Assembly: GCA_030141605.1 (NCBI GenBank)
Contig: JAQGDQ010000056.1
Span: forward strand, 620,001-684,000
Reading direction: 5' to 3'
Origin: Tubiluchus corallicola
Lineage: Eukaryota > Animalia > Priapulida
Length of the DNA: 64,000 nt
Under the pieces are notes generated by a model. That model did not search any database and was not told the DNA's origin. It saw nothing but the letters and a program-made list of their open reading frames with translations. The translations under genes were made by a program, and so were the position numbers. Shown one piece after another: positions 24,081-36,396 of this stretch; the first letter of the stretch is position 1; the number at the start of each line of letters is the position of its first letter.

Positions 24081-26507
24081 ATGGGAAAAACTAAACACAA
24101 AAAGCACACAGTAAGTGCGTCTAAAAGCAAAGCTTCAAATAGCAGTAATGGCACGAAACAAAGCGTACTGAAAAGCACAGAGTTTGCTGAAGAAGGCTGT
24201 AAAGTTCACCAACAGAATGACGTAAGTATCATACTCATATATCTTGGATATTATTATGCAATTCATATATAATGGATAATACACAAGAATAGTTTATTTG
24301 AATTCTCAAAGTCAAAATGTCATTGTGAGCCTTAAAGCTTAGAAACACGTATATATATAGATGAGTCTCGAGTATATAAAGCACAAGGTATTTTAAATAA
24401 TTAATAATTTGAGCAGGAAACAATTAATGACAAATTATTGATTTGTTAAACATTTTACTCGAAGAACTATATCCATACATTTGCATGTTGTAGCATAGTA
24501 GCAGCGACACCTAAATTGTTCATTCTATTGTGTCATTCAGTGTGCTGAGAAATTAGAGCTTGATCGCTTTGTAAATAACTAAGCATTTATTTTGAGAAGT
24601 TTTAAAGTTAAGAAAATATTTACATACAGAGCTTACTAACATAAACTCCATGTTAAAAGAGATATGTTTCACTCAATGTTTGACGAAGTAAGTAAAGTAA
24701 GCGAATTATATCTAAATTATTATTTGCAATATCATTATTTGTCAGTCAATGTTCTGTCAAGTGAGTTGTTTTGAGATTCAGGAATAGACCTATAAAATAG
24801 TACCCTCACCTGCAAGGTCTATTTTACTAGCAAAATACTAGAGATCTTTTTGTACGAAGTTGTGCGATTTTAGTTCTAAAAGCCGTTTCTTATTTGCAGG
24901 ATTTGGTTCAGAATAATTGGACACCAACTCTGAAACATCCAGCTAGCAAGGAGGAAGCAAAACCTTGTTTCACAGAACCACCATTGAAGAAAAAGATTTT
25001 AATTATCTTGACGTGTCTTTTGTTTGTAACAACCTTGTTACATATAGCATGCTACATTGGTGTCATAAAAGTGCTAGCTAATGTTACTAAGAAGTATATA
25101 ACTACTAGTGGATCGCAAGCATCGTACCATGACTGTTTAAAAAGTGCAAAAGAAGCAATTACACCAGAAAACAGTATTGACAAGCACGTAAAAAAGTTTG
25201 AAGTAAAACCTACATTTTTAAATTCATTAAATGACAATAAGGATAACAATACTAAAGGAATTGTTCATGTCCAAGCCAGTCACTTGTCCCATGAAGACAA
25301 AATCTTGGAGTCTGTTCTTGATGAAGTCACATCATCAGTTATTGAGCCTACGACAAAGAAATCAGCAAAGCCGGAAAATAAAACCAATAAAGTTGAGGCG
25401 GTTAGTAACTTAGCAAAAAAGTCTAGTGTAAGAGTGCTTTCTGGTGTAGAGAAGGATGGTAAGAATGCTAGTAAACAAAACGAGAAAAGGTTAAAGAAAA
25501 TCCTGTTCTGGACCGGTATGTTTGGTGCAAAAGATTGGCAAATTGGCACTGGACAGAGGTCATTCAGAAAGTGCTTTAGAGAACAGAAATGCGAAGCTCT
25601 TATTTCTAGACAGCATGCGCAAATTGCCGATGTAGTTGTATTTCATATGCGTGACATAAAAGAAAATGATATGCCTAGTAATCACCCAAAATCACAAAAA
25701 TGGGTTTTTGCTCTGAAAGAGTCACCCTGGTACAGCTGGGTGCACAAGTTTCAAAAAATAAAGCATATATTCAATTGGACAATGACGTACCGCCTAGATT
25801 CAGATGTTCCTTGGTTATATGGGAAAACGATTAAAAAAGAACACTCAGACTACAGTGTGAGGAGTACTGATTACGCTGCAGGTAAAACAAAGCTGGCTGC
25901 TTGGTTTGTCAGTAGGTGTCCTCGAGTGAGTGACAGAGAGAAGTATGCAGAAGAGTTGCAGAAATATATTCCCATCGATGTTTTTGGCCAATGTGGTCCT
26001 CTTAAATGCCGAGGTGTTGTGAACTGTTTTGAAATGGTGAGAAAGGATTACAAATTTTATTTATCTTTTGAAAATAGTATATGCACTGACTACATTACAG
26101 AGAAACTCTGGTTTCCTATGTATTATGGAAATGTGATTCCAGTGGTGCTTGGAGGGGCTGATTACGAAAAGTATCTCCCTCCGAATTCTTTTATAAACGT
26201 GATGGACTTTGGGTCTCCTTATGAGCTAGCACAGTATTTGCTCAAGTTAGATAAGGATGACAATTTGTATAATTCATATTTTATGTGGAAGGAAGACTAT
26301 GATGTCATGCCATTGACTGACAACATTCATGGATTATGCGAGCTTTGTGATAAGCTACATTCACCAGAAGCAAGTGTGACTTCTTCTTATGACAATATAA
26401 ACATTTGGTGGAATCGAACAACCACTTGCAAAGTTGGCATCTATAGTGAATTGAAAAAGAAATATGGGAGCTCCGAAGTACCTAATGTTATCAAAGAAGA
26501 GCTTTAA
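24081..26507 (+). CDS. Alpha-(1,3)-fucosyltransferase (GT10), type II membrane protein, ~582 aa; join(24081..24221,24900..26507)
   Basis: GT10 motifs ADVVVFH, FNWTMTYRLDSD, YKFYLSFENSICTDYITEKLW, PVVLG and GLCELCDKL. TM helix ILIILTCLLFVTTLLHIACYIGVI. The upstream exon MGKTKHKK...QQND|gtaagt joins ttgcag|GAT in phase 0. Confidence 0.92.
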
Positions 26508-28609
26508 TTAGGGTGATACGTGACGTATTGTTACATAACTAGGGCGGTATTGTAAATACATGTACATATGAAATATGATTTTCTTTTTGTCGATTACTTT
26601 TTTAGTTCGACCATGTCTTTTGTTTATCTCAAATTCGTTAGTTTGAGTGCTCTGAACAATACACAAGAAATTAAGAAACGTCCTAGTCAAGCAAAAATTC
26701 TATTGTGTCATTTTTTTAACATATAATGAGTATATATACATATTATGTATATATATTATAACATATATTAATATATATACATATATTAAAATTAGACATC
26801 GAATAGAAAGATGGACGGGACCATGAAAAAGTCATAATTGAGTGACAATCTGAATCTGAGATCTTGTATTTCTTAGTCAGTTTTATTGTTGGATTTACTT
26901 CAGGATTGTCGCCATCAGCAGATGTAAGAATGCTTTATAGGCATATTAGTTTGGTACTTAGCATTCGGCCCATTGCCGATCAAAGGAAAGCACAGTATAT
27001 CAACTACTCTGCAAGCTGAGATATATCGACATTGGTGTCGGGTAGTTTGGAATGGATTGCGGCCTGTCTAAGAAGCGATAGATAAGTAGTTTTAACATCT
27101 CTTGAATAGCATTAGACATCGTTCACGAATATTCAAACATGGCGAAGTGCACAATTTTTTTATTTTATCATTCATTTGATCTATTTAACTTTCAACAGTA
27201 AATAAATGTAATTGTTTATTATTTATCTTTTCTAAAACCATAACATTTTATAGATCGTTCTTGATCAGTAGAGTGTAAAACAATGTAATGATTTAGTGAA
27301 TATTTATATTTAATTCTGCAGGTTGATTTGCTAACGTGATGTGTAAAAATTCATATAGTGACATTATGAATAGTCTATGCATTAAAATTACTGAAAAGTG
27401 TTAAAATAAAGAACTTTTTAGCTCATGATTTAAAATTGTTGCTTCACGAATTGTTAAACTTTGGGCACATTTTTAAATTGGTATAATTTAAGAATTTTAT
27501 TTGTACGCCTACATACAAGCATCTCCGAAAAGACAAAACTGGATAATTAGAAGCGCTGATTAAAAGGTAATATAAAGTTTGTGAAATTAAAATTTCAGCA
27601 ATTAGTCCACACGGTCCTTCAAAAGAATGATATTCAAAAGACTGACATTCAAATAAATGACATTCAGAACACTGGACTCCGTTGATAAAAGTTTTTATGA
27701 AATATTTCGGCAATTAAAAGCGGAAGCGCAAAAGTTTTATTCGGATAATACCAAGTAAGTTTCACATCTAAATGATGCAAAAAGACCAGAATGTCAAGGC
27801 ACCATACATCGCCGCACGCAGTTCGAGCGCAAGTCTATAAAACTTACGTACAGAAATTTCTGCACTCATGCGCTCACAAAATGTATTTTGTGCAGCTCTG
27901 TTTGTTAATATAGGATTTACATGTCAAATGTATAATAACCTATAATTCATTGTTTTTAGTGACAACGCGCCGTTTACGCACGCGCTAGAAATGGGCTCTT
28001 CTAATTGATACACTATTGCGCATTATTATTGGTTGTTCATTTCGAGAATGATAACGACATTGATAAAAATCAAGACCAGCTTGATTTCGTAAAAATTCAA
28101 AATTTCACGGTTATTCTTGTGGTCAACACAGTCCTTCAACACTGACAAACTAGAAACTGACACAGTTTTGAATGACCGTTTTTAAATCTTAAAATACTAT
28201 AGAGTAGTATTATATATACTACTAATATAGATGCAGCAAAGTCTGGAATTGACAAAGCATAGTGTAAAAATAAACTAACTGTTTGGAAATAACTGAATTT
28301 TTTCGTCACGAGATGGAGCTGAGTAGAAAAAAACAAGCAGACTGAGAATCAAGGGAATTAGATTGACAAACAGAAGGTTTTAGATGAAGCCTTCTATTTA
28401 AGAATCGCTTTTATAATAGTCAAATCATATCTTTTAAATGATATCAAGTAAAAATGTCAAGGAACATCGATGAATGAAATTACAATAACGGCCTTAATAA
28501 TTATTACGTTTTACTTTTACAGGGATCTATTAAAATCATTTAGTACTCCTAAAACTATTATTATAATACTAATATATAATAGTGGCTCTGTATACATGTA
28601 TATATAATG

Positions 28610-29183
28610 CAGTGCCGGCCTTGGGGGTATTTCGGGCCCTGTGCAAAGTATATCGTGCGGGTTCTGCACAAAGTAGGTATGTCATACGAACACCCCCATG
28701 ATATAAGTCAATTTATTTTCAATGATAGCCATTTTATTATAGTAAGTTGCTAATAAGTGCATAAAAATTAATTTACATGTTGCTATTATTATTACTTATT
28801 ACTAAATACTAAAGTTATTTAAAAATATTTAAAAGGCCTTAGAACTTTAATTAAGAAATTTATATTTCAACTTAATTAGCAAGGGTAAATACAAAAAAAA
28901 AATAAGTTTGTAAATATAAAAAATAACAATTTAATTAATTACATATTTGGCAGCTGTAATATGCAGAGTCCTAAAACATAAAAGACTTAACATAAAGAGC
29001 TATATAAATCAATTACAAATATACATAAATGAGTGTCTATAGAAACCTTTTTATTAAGATTTTTCATTACGAAACGAAATTATGTTACTTACTCAATAGT
29101 AAATTCCTGGAAAATTTCCGAGCCCCTAGTTGCCGGCTTCGTGCGCCTGCACGGTTCGCGCACTCGTGCAAGGTCCAGCACTG
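28610..29183. mobile_element. hAT-like MITE
   Basis: Termini CAGTGCCGGCCTTG and CAAGGTCCAGCACTG are inverted, with an AT-rich core. The 8-bp flanks ATATAATG/ATAAAAGT are a degraded TSD (5/8). Confidence 0.65.
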
Positions 29184-29289
29184 ATAAAAGTTTAGTACTG
29201 CACAAATAGTGTTTTGCATATTATGTAATAAAGATGCGCTGCCTTTAATGTAACCATCGGAATTTAATCATCGTGTCAACGGCTACAAA

Positions 29290-29486
29290 TCAGAACATGC
29301 GCAAAGTGCATTCAAGTGTGTTTAGATGAATGATTAACACCGCCAATCATTCGTTTGTGGTACGCGATACAATAAGTCTTTCTCGGCAAATGTCCGTTTT
29401 GTTTAGAGAAACCCAAATCGGAAGTTGGGTTTTCTAGCATGAATGGATAGTGCAGTGTAAGGACGATGAACACGTGTGCGGTAAGT
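29290..29486 (+). promoter_or_regulatory. Probable promoter and first (likely non-coding) exon of the SelP-like gene
   Basis: CATGCGCA (~29296), GCCAATCA (~29342) and CGGAAGT (~29419), followed by a strong donor GCG|gtaagt at 29480/29481. Acceptor ttttcag at 30418 lies just before the coding ATG. Confidence 0.45.
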
Positions 29487-29918
29487 AAATTTTATTAATT
29501 TTGCCAAAGTGTATTTCGATGAGAGTAGACAGCATAAATTAATTTTTGTTTAAATAATTTCAAAACCGTAAAAATAAAACAAAATAGTTTAGTTAAGCTT
29601 GAGTTACATAATTTAGTCAATGCTTCGAGATAAACACAAGTTTACATCACTGATCATCTAGCCAATTACGGCAGAATTTTTGCAAAGAGTCAAATGTGTT
29701 GAAGAATCAGATTATTCGGCTGTTCCACTACCAGATAATTAGTAATCTTCTTTAAGTTTAAGTAAGCTGTGCATGCCTTTAATTGTAATCAGCAATAAAA
29801 AGAGAAAACATTTACAAATGAAGTTATTTTAGTACATACTAGTTTACTTGTACTTTTTAAGATGTGCAGGGTGCTTGCATATGTGTACAGCCGAGGAGTT
29901 ACAATGTATGCTCATACT

Positions 29919-29952
29919 GATCGAAGTTAAGCAATATCGGACCTGGTCAGTA
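29919..29952 (+). other. Short 5S rRNA-like fragment (possible SINE3/5S pseudogene relic)
   Basis: GATCGAAGTTAAGCAATATCGGACCTGGTCAGTA resembles the 5S internal control region (..GAAGTTAAGCA..TCGGGCC.GGTTAGTA). The flanks do not extend the match. Confidence 0.3.
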
Positions 29953-30443
29953 AATAGTTTCACATCTATTCATATTCGAGTGTAATTAAAACACTCTTGT
30001 TGGTTCTGTACCTTATTTCACAGGATTAGCTTGAAAACAAACTAGATTCTGGCCACCCTACCCCATTATCGTTCGCAATAACAGGGTTCTACCACTAGAA
30101 TTCTGCTAGATTTCAGTTCGCATTATGCTCAACAGCGTACAAAATGTTTATGCAAATTTCACAAAAAACGTTTTAGCCCTTTGTAAATCCTCTTAACTTT
30201 AGACGTAGTATTAACCGAATTAACTATGTAAATCATTCTAACTACAGTATTCAAGTATGAATGCTGCACTTCATTCGTTTATGTTTTACATGTCGTTCAC
30301 TTCATTTAAATGTAATTCGGCTAAAAATTATTCTCGTTACACTGAATTATGGTTTAGTCACAGTTTCCTAAAATATTACTAATGTTTTGCGTTACTTTAA
30401 AGTGCTTTTTATTTTCAGCAAATGCAGGTTACGGTTGCAGAGA

Positions 30444-33400
30444 ATGCTATACCGTTTTTCACTCTATGCCATAATAATTAACTCAACATGTCTACTTAGC
30501 TGCATAGCAAAACCGGTTGTGACGTCACACGAACTCTGTTCTTTGCCTCCTACCTGGCAGCTTGATCATCGTGACTATATGCTGGAGAATCGTGGCCAAA
30601 TAACAGTTCTTGTATTTCTAAAAGCTGCCGAGAAAAGCAGCATCAAACAGGCAGAAAAGTAAGTACATGATATTTAAATAACAGGTCTTCCTGTTCGCCT
30701 GTCTTTTTATCTGAGTGTTTGTCACCGTCCGTGGCACGAGAAATCAACGTTGTACATCTGCATGAATTGGCAGAACCATAACAAATTGCTAAAAGTGGTA
30801 ATGCTGTTTATGGAATACAGAAGTCACTAGGTAGTGAAGGTACTTAAGGGTACGAAGGAATATGCAATTTGTACTTCGAGATCCCGTTAAAAACAATGAA
30901 AACCAGTTGCAGATAAAAAAGTGGGTCGTGATTCTGATCCATAGTCAAGAAGACTGCATGGCTGATGCAGAAAGTAAATGTTGATGCCATTTGATCTACA
31001 GATTCAGCCCGACCTTTGTACAATATGGAGCAATAATGGATATAGTGATGGATAAAATCCGCAGTTACAGGAGTTTAAGCGTTGACAATTTTTTGCCCTT
31101 CGGGAAGCCAGCTGCTAAGGAACGAGAAACATTCGGCGGACCGATAAGGCAGAAAAAGAATCTATTTTTTCAGCTAAATTTGCAAATATGGACTGATGGT
31201 AAAGTGTCAAAGCTCAAGTGTTGAATTTCAAATGTCTCTCCTCTGGGTTATTAAAGTACTGAAAGTCTTACCACAAATATCCTGAAGCCATATCGCATGA
31301 TGTCTATTTTGGAGATCAATTTGGTGAATTAGTTGATTTTTAGATTCACCAGTTACATTTATGTGATACAAAATGACGACGAAGAAACTGAAGATTGTTT
31401 AGCAAACCTCTATAGGACGTGTTAAAGTTTTACAATAATTATTTTCACCTTAAATATTTTAATTATTGTCAACATGCGTGGTCACCAGAGAACGCTAACC
31501 CACTTGTTTTGGGTTCAGCAAATCCGTAGATGTCATTCCGCCGCAAGAAAGAGGTCCGTGGCTCGGCATATCGGTGGACTGTGTAGTGCATGACATTATA
31601 CAATTACAAATTTTACTGTATACAATTATTTGAGATTGCGAATCAGTCACAAAAGATCAATAATAAAACTAAGACGCTGGTTTAGCTCGATTAAGGACTG
31701 TGAGGGTTTTTTGTGCATGAAGCAAGCTCCTTAGTGACCAATTACGCAGTTAATAAAAGCTTTGAGAAAATTTAACATTTGAACAGAATCGAACTTTGAT
31801 CCAAATCCGCAAATAGACTGTATTCGCAGTCCGTTATCCGCAAGTAGTGTGTGTACAGATTTGCGAACGGCAAGAAGGTCCCGGCTGCAAATTCTCTGGT
31901 GGTTGCAATGATTTTTCGTTTTCACTTCTTAATTCATTTGTTTATTTACAGCTGATTTACATGTAAGTTCAAGTTTATTTTGGGTAAAACTGCATTTGGC
32001 ATAAAGGAAATCATTTCTGTTGTTCTAGATTTAACAGTGAAAATTATAGCCGCCTCGTTTTCTTAATGGATTTCCATCTATTGAAATTCGATTTGTTTCC
32101 CTCCTGTAAATAACATCCAGTGGGAATTACAAACAGACTCTTATCCCCATGCTTGGGAAGCGCTGCAAATCAGGCTTCACACTTTTATATGAGGTTTTTG
32201 TTTCAGTTTTTTTCTACTCATATGTAAATTGAGTAATTGTGTACAAGCCCTCAGAAGTACATTAACGGACAATAAAAAACAATATTATAAGGTTAATAGC
32301 CGCTGTTTCGTTAATACGAGCATCTGGTGTGACATTCGGAAAAATTGAGCTTTTCAGGGTATGCCACTTTCTCAAAATTATACAGTGTACTGAAATAGTT
32401 CAGCATCACGTAGCACAATGCCATAAGTCGCCCAATGCAGTGTAATGCATTATTTTCTTGCATTATGCTAGAGCGAGCAATGGCCGAGTTTAGTAGTATG
32501 TGCTTGACTGTGAAAGTAAATGCTATTAAAGGATGGACAACATGTTCTGTTTCTTCTGGATTATGCGCGTCATATGTGAAACTATCCTTCCTATTTTTTC
32601 ATTGAGGGAAATGGGATACGCATTCGAAAATGGCCAAGGTACTTCTGTCGGCTCAGTATTTCATCTAAAAATAGCCTTAATAATTAGCTAGATTCTGATC
32701 CGCCAGAGCCATTTACATTAAGCAGGCTTTGACGTCAAGGGAGGACTTCGGCTTGGAAAGAACTTCACTAAGAAAACAATGGCACGTAACTTTCATTTAC
32801 GTTCGTTGAGGTCCTAATTGTTAATCGAATTAAGGCAATAGTAATTATTATGGGTTTACAATATTAATTTTTTCAGGTTGGAAAAAGTTCGCTTTCGCCT
32901 GCAGAAGAGTGGTGTAACAGATGTGAGTTTTTTAGTCATAAATAACGGTGAACTGGATTCTCTGAGAATGCAAGAAGCCTTATCATTCAGAGTTGGTTTT
33001 CAAGTTTTACAAGAACAACCTTCCAATGACATAGCACATCGGTTAGGAGCTTTGACTGGAAATATGTTTATTTATGACAGGTATTTGGTCGTAGTTTGGT
33101 CATTATCGCCAGTGAGCTGTTGCTGATGTAGTACCATTATGATATTGCTGTTGTTGTTGTCATTGCTATCGTTGCTTCTTTCTATTTCTTCGTTATCGTT
33201 GTTGTAGTCAATGCACGACAGTTGTTAATTTTGCTGTTATTGTCAATGACTGTGCACTTTGACATTGCTTCTTTTTTCCTTACCAGCAGGCAATTCCCTT
33301 CGTTGCAACAGTTTCATTGTGCTTGGCGACTAAAGCCTTTTTATCGTTTTATAGGTGCAGTAAACTGTCAAAATTCGAAGAATCTGTTAAACCAATGTTG

Positions 33401-33598
33401 CCAGCTGAAATTGAAAGCGTAATAGACGATGTGCACATCTCAAGTCAATGCGGAAGCTGTGATTTTTCAGGTGTTGCAGAGGTGAGTCTCACCACACGCA
33501 CGCAGGCACACACACACACACACACGCACGCTCGCAAGGCACACACACACGCACGCACGCACGGCACGGCACGGCACACACACACACACACGCACGCA

Positions 33599-33696
<98 letters not shown>

Positions 33697-35160
33697 TTCT
33701 CTCTCTCTCTCTCAGTCTCCCTCTTTCTTATCCTCTATTACCTCTTTGTAGTCACTAAACGTTTCTATCTTCTCTTATCTCGCTTTTCTTCCTGACTCGC
33801 TTGCAATTTTTTACCTGTTTGCTTCTTTAACTTGTGGATAAACATGCTTAATCTTTAATGAATAGTTACTTTCACTTTAAGTAGTAACAAAGTCAGGCTT
33901 GCTGCATATTTATCTGAAGCTATATTTGTCTTCTGCTAAATAAACGTCATCAGGAAAAAATTGTGTACCTTGCTAAGGTTTTTGTCTGAACCCGCTGATA
34001 ACAAAAGCACACATTACTTTACTCTTTGATACTTTATTTTATCAAAGGTTTTTGCTAAATACTAAAGAATAATATTAATTGCTATTTCCTCTACACGATT
34101 GAGATATACGCAAGGAGCGTCAGTCAGGGCTGTTGAACAAATACTTTGGAAGTAAAATAATAATTTTTTTGGTGACTTTCTAACAAACAAATCGGTAGAG
34201 CTTTGTCGTTTAGGGTAACACTAAGTCAGGATGAAAACGTGCAAACTATGAAATAACGTCTTTGCTATTTATGTAAAAGTTCTATAAAATATGGCGTAAA
34301 GAAATCGGGAAGGTCGAAGATTGATTTTGATTCAATGAGTATTGTGAGGGCTCCATTGACTAATAACACATTCATATATTGAGTTTTAATAACTGGAGAC
34401 CTTTATATACCCTTACGCTTTACAGCAGATTATGATTATTTTGTCGTATTCGTGAGTTGCACTTTACAGTCAGATGTTTAATTAAAAATAATATAATATT
34501 TTTATTTACAATGAAATCTAGTTATTAAGAAATGAGCTTACTCGTGAAATTTATTGAGATGTTGTTTATTAGTCTAAACTTTTTAGTAGTGAGCGTTTCT
34601 ACTAGCGCATGCATCATTGACTTATTAGAATTACTTGCAAAAGATTTTAATTATCTAATTTAGATTATTATACATCTGCGTTGGCTAGCCAACTCAGCAC
34701 AAATTATTGAAGACCGCCAAACTAAATTATGATATTACGTAATTATAGTTAAATAAACCAAAATAATTACCCAATGCCTCTTATTTCATGTGTACCACAA
34801 CGATATTAATTTTGAATAGAATGTAAGTCTACTATTTTAGTTCAACAAGCATGAAGTTAACGCGAAGTTACTGTATTTATACAGGCTTCTGAACCAGTCA
34901 ATGCACAGACATCCCGGGGAAACTCGAAGACGAACAAAAGAGAGAGAGTTATTAGATGGAGGTATTTTAAAAGCTTTTTTACGTTTGGCATGAGTCACCC
35001 TGAACAGAAGCCAGTTAACACAATAAAAACTTTGAGTAGTCCGGACTATCTTGTGCTGTCAACGGAACAAGACGAAGTATTCCCTAATTTAATGTTGAAC
35101 TCGGAGGACTTTGATTACAGTGGAAGTGGCGATGGCACAGAAATAATTCTGAGCGTTTAA
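30444..35160 (+). CDS. Selenoprotein P N-terminal domain homologue lacking Sec (UxxC replaced by ExxS) with a novel C-terminal tail, ~273 aa
   Basis: Exons 30444-30658, 32877-33080, 33355-33481, 34885-35160. All GT-AG, phases 2,2,0, total 822 nt. Signal peptide, then CSLPPTWQL...GQITVLVFLKAAEKSSIKQAEKLEKVRFRLQKSG..DVSFLVIN...MFIYDRCSKL...QCGSC. This aligns motif by motif with SelP (CKQPPAW...VTVVALLQASUYLCILQASKLEDLRVKL...FLIYDRCGRL...CGNC). Confidence 0.85.
33492..33712 (+). repeat. Compound (CA)n/(CACG)n then (CT)n microsatellite at the 5' end of the last SelP-like intron
   Basis: Directly visible. It explains the HT/CV-repeat ORFs in the ORF track. Confidence 0.95.
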
Positions 35161-36396
35161 TGCCAAGTAAAAAGTCGTATCAACAGTTTTGATTTCACGG
35201 ACGTGGTAGAAGGTTTTACTTTGTGCGTAAATATTTGCATACTTTTGGCATTAGTTAATTTTTTAAATTTATTATGACGATAGTTTAATTTAGTAACTCT
35301 AAATCTAATGCTCGTTGCCCTTCCTCTATTTGTTTTTGTATGATGATGTAATAAAAGAGATGGTTTGTTAAATACTTGGTAGCTAGGTAGACATGAAATA
35401 GCTCTGAAGGCCCAATATTGCATTTTCGAGATGACTTGCGTATCTTGATTAACCAGTAGGTCTTCGTAGCGCGTTGAGTTTATCATGACTCACAACGCCA
35501 AGTACAGAGTTTTCACCCCTGTATTTTGTAGAGGAACTTTACATTGTTACTTACAGGCGTAAAAGTTATATTTTATTTACTCTATAGTTGTACATAAGCT
35601 ATAGTTTACTGATATTATATAAGTTTAAATTAATGTATTTAATGTTATAACATAATGAATATATTTATGTTGCTCTGCCGTCATATTACTACGTTTACAG
35701 TAAAACGATAATATAAGCAATATGACAAAACTGTAGTTAGTTTTGGGTTGTTGACTATTTTAGTGTAAATATATCGATGAAATGAACTCACGACTATTAA
35801 TTTTTTAAACAAACTCAGCGAAAAAGAAAAAAATGAGAGAAACTCGCACTGAACCTGGCTTGAACCAGATACTTTTGAGTTACGCCCAATACCAAAGCCA
35901 CATGGCAGGCTAATCCAAAACCAACAGCTCGCCAGTCAGTCAACCATTTGCGAGTCATGAACTAAAAGTCATTATTATCTAATTAAATTACTTTTTTAAG
36001 AATTAAATAGTGTGTGTGTGAATTAATTATTGTTGCCAATGAAGATATTACAGGATGGATGTATTAGTTTCTTGACAGGTACTTTTCACCAACTCTATGA
36101 ACAGCACTGCAGGTAGTCATATGTCAAAGTCTTTCTGTAGTTATCTTGACGTATCTAATTGATCGATTTTCATGCTACTATCAACTTACACATGAGTCCC
36201 AGTTTGTATCTATACCTATTATCAATGTATGCACATACTTTTTATTGAGATGGTACAAGTTCAATATACATTCGCAACAATTATTTAAAGGTGTTTCTAT
36301 ATTTGCAAATAATGTAAATACCATAACCTTAACGATAACGGTTAATAAACTTACAACCCAACATTTTTAATTAGGGTATGAATTAATGAAATGTCT

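Noticed and set aside
33445-33693. Cys-Val repeat ORFs on the minus strand
   Set aside because: Translation of (TG)n.
35160-35500. Possible SECIS (ATGA...AA) in the SelP-like 3' UTR
   Set aside because: Could not build the non-Watson-Crick quartet with a correctly spaced 3' GA, and there is no in-frame TGA to recode.
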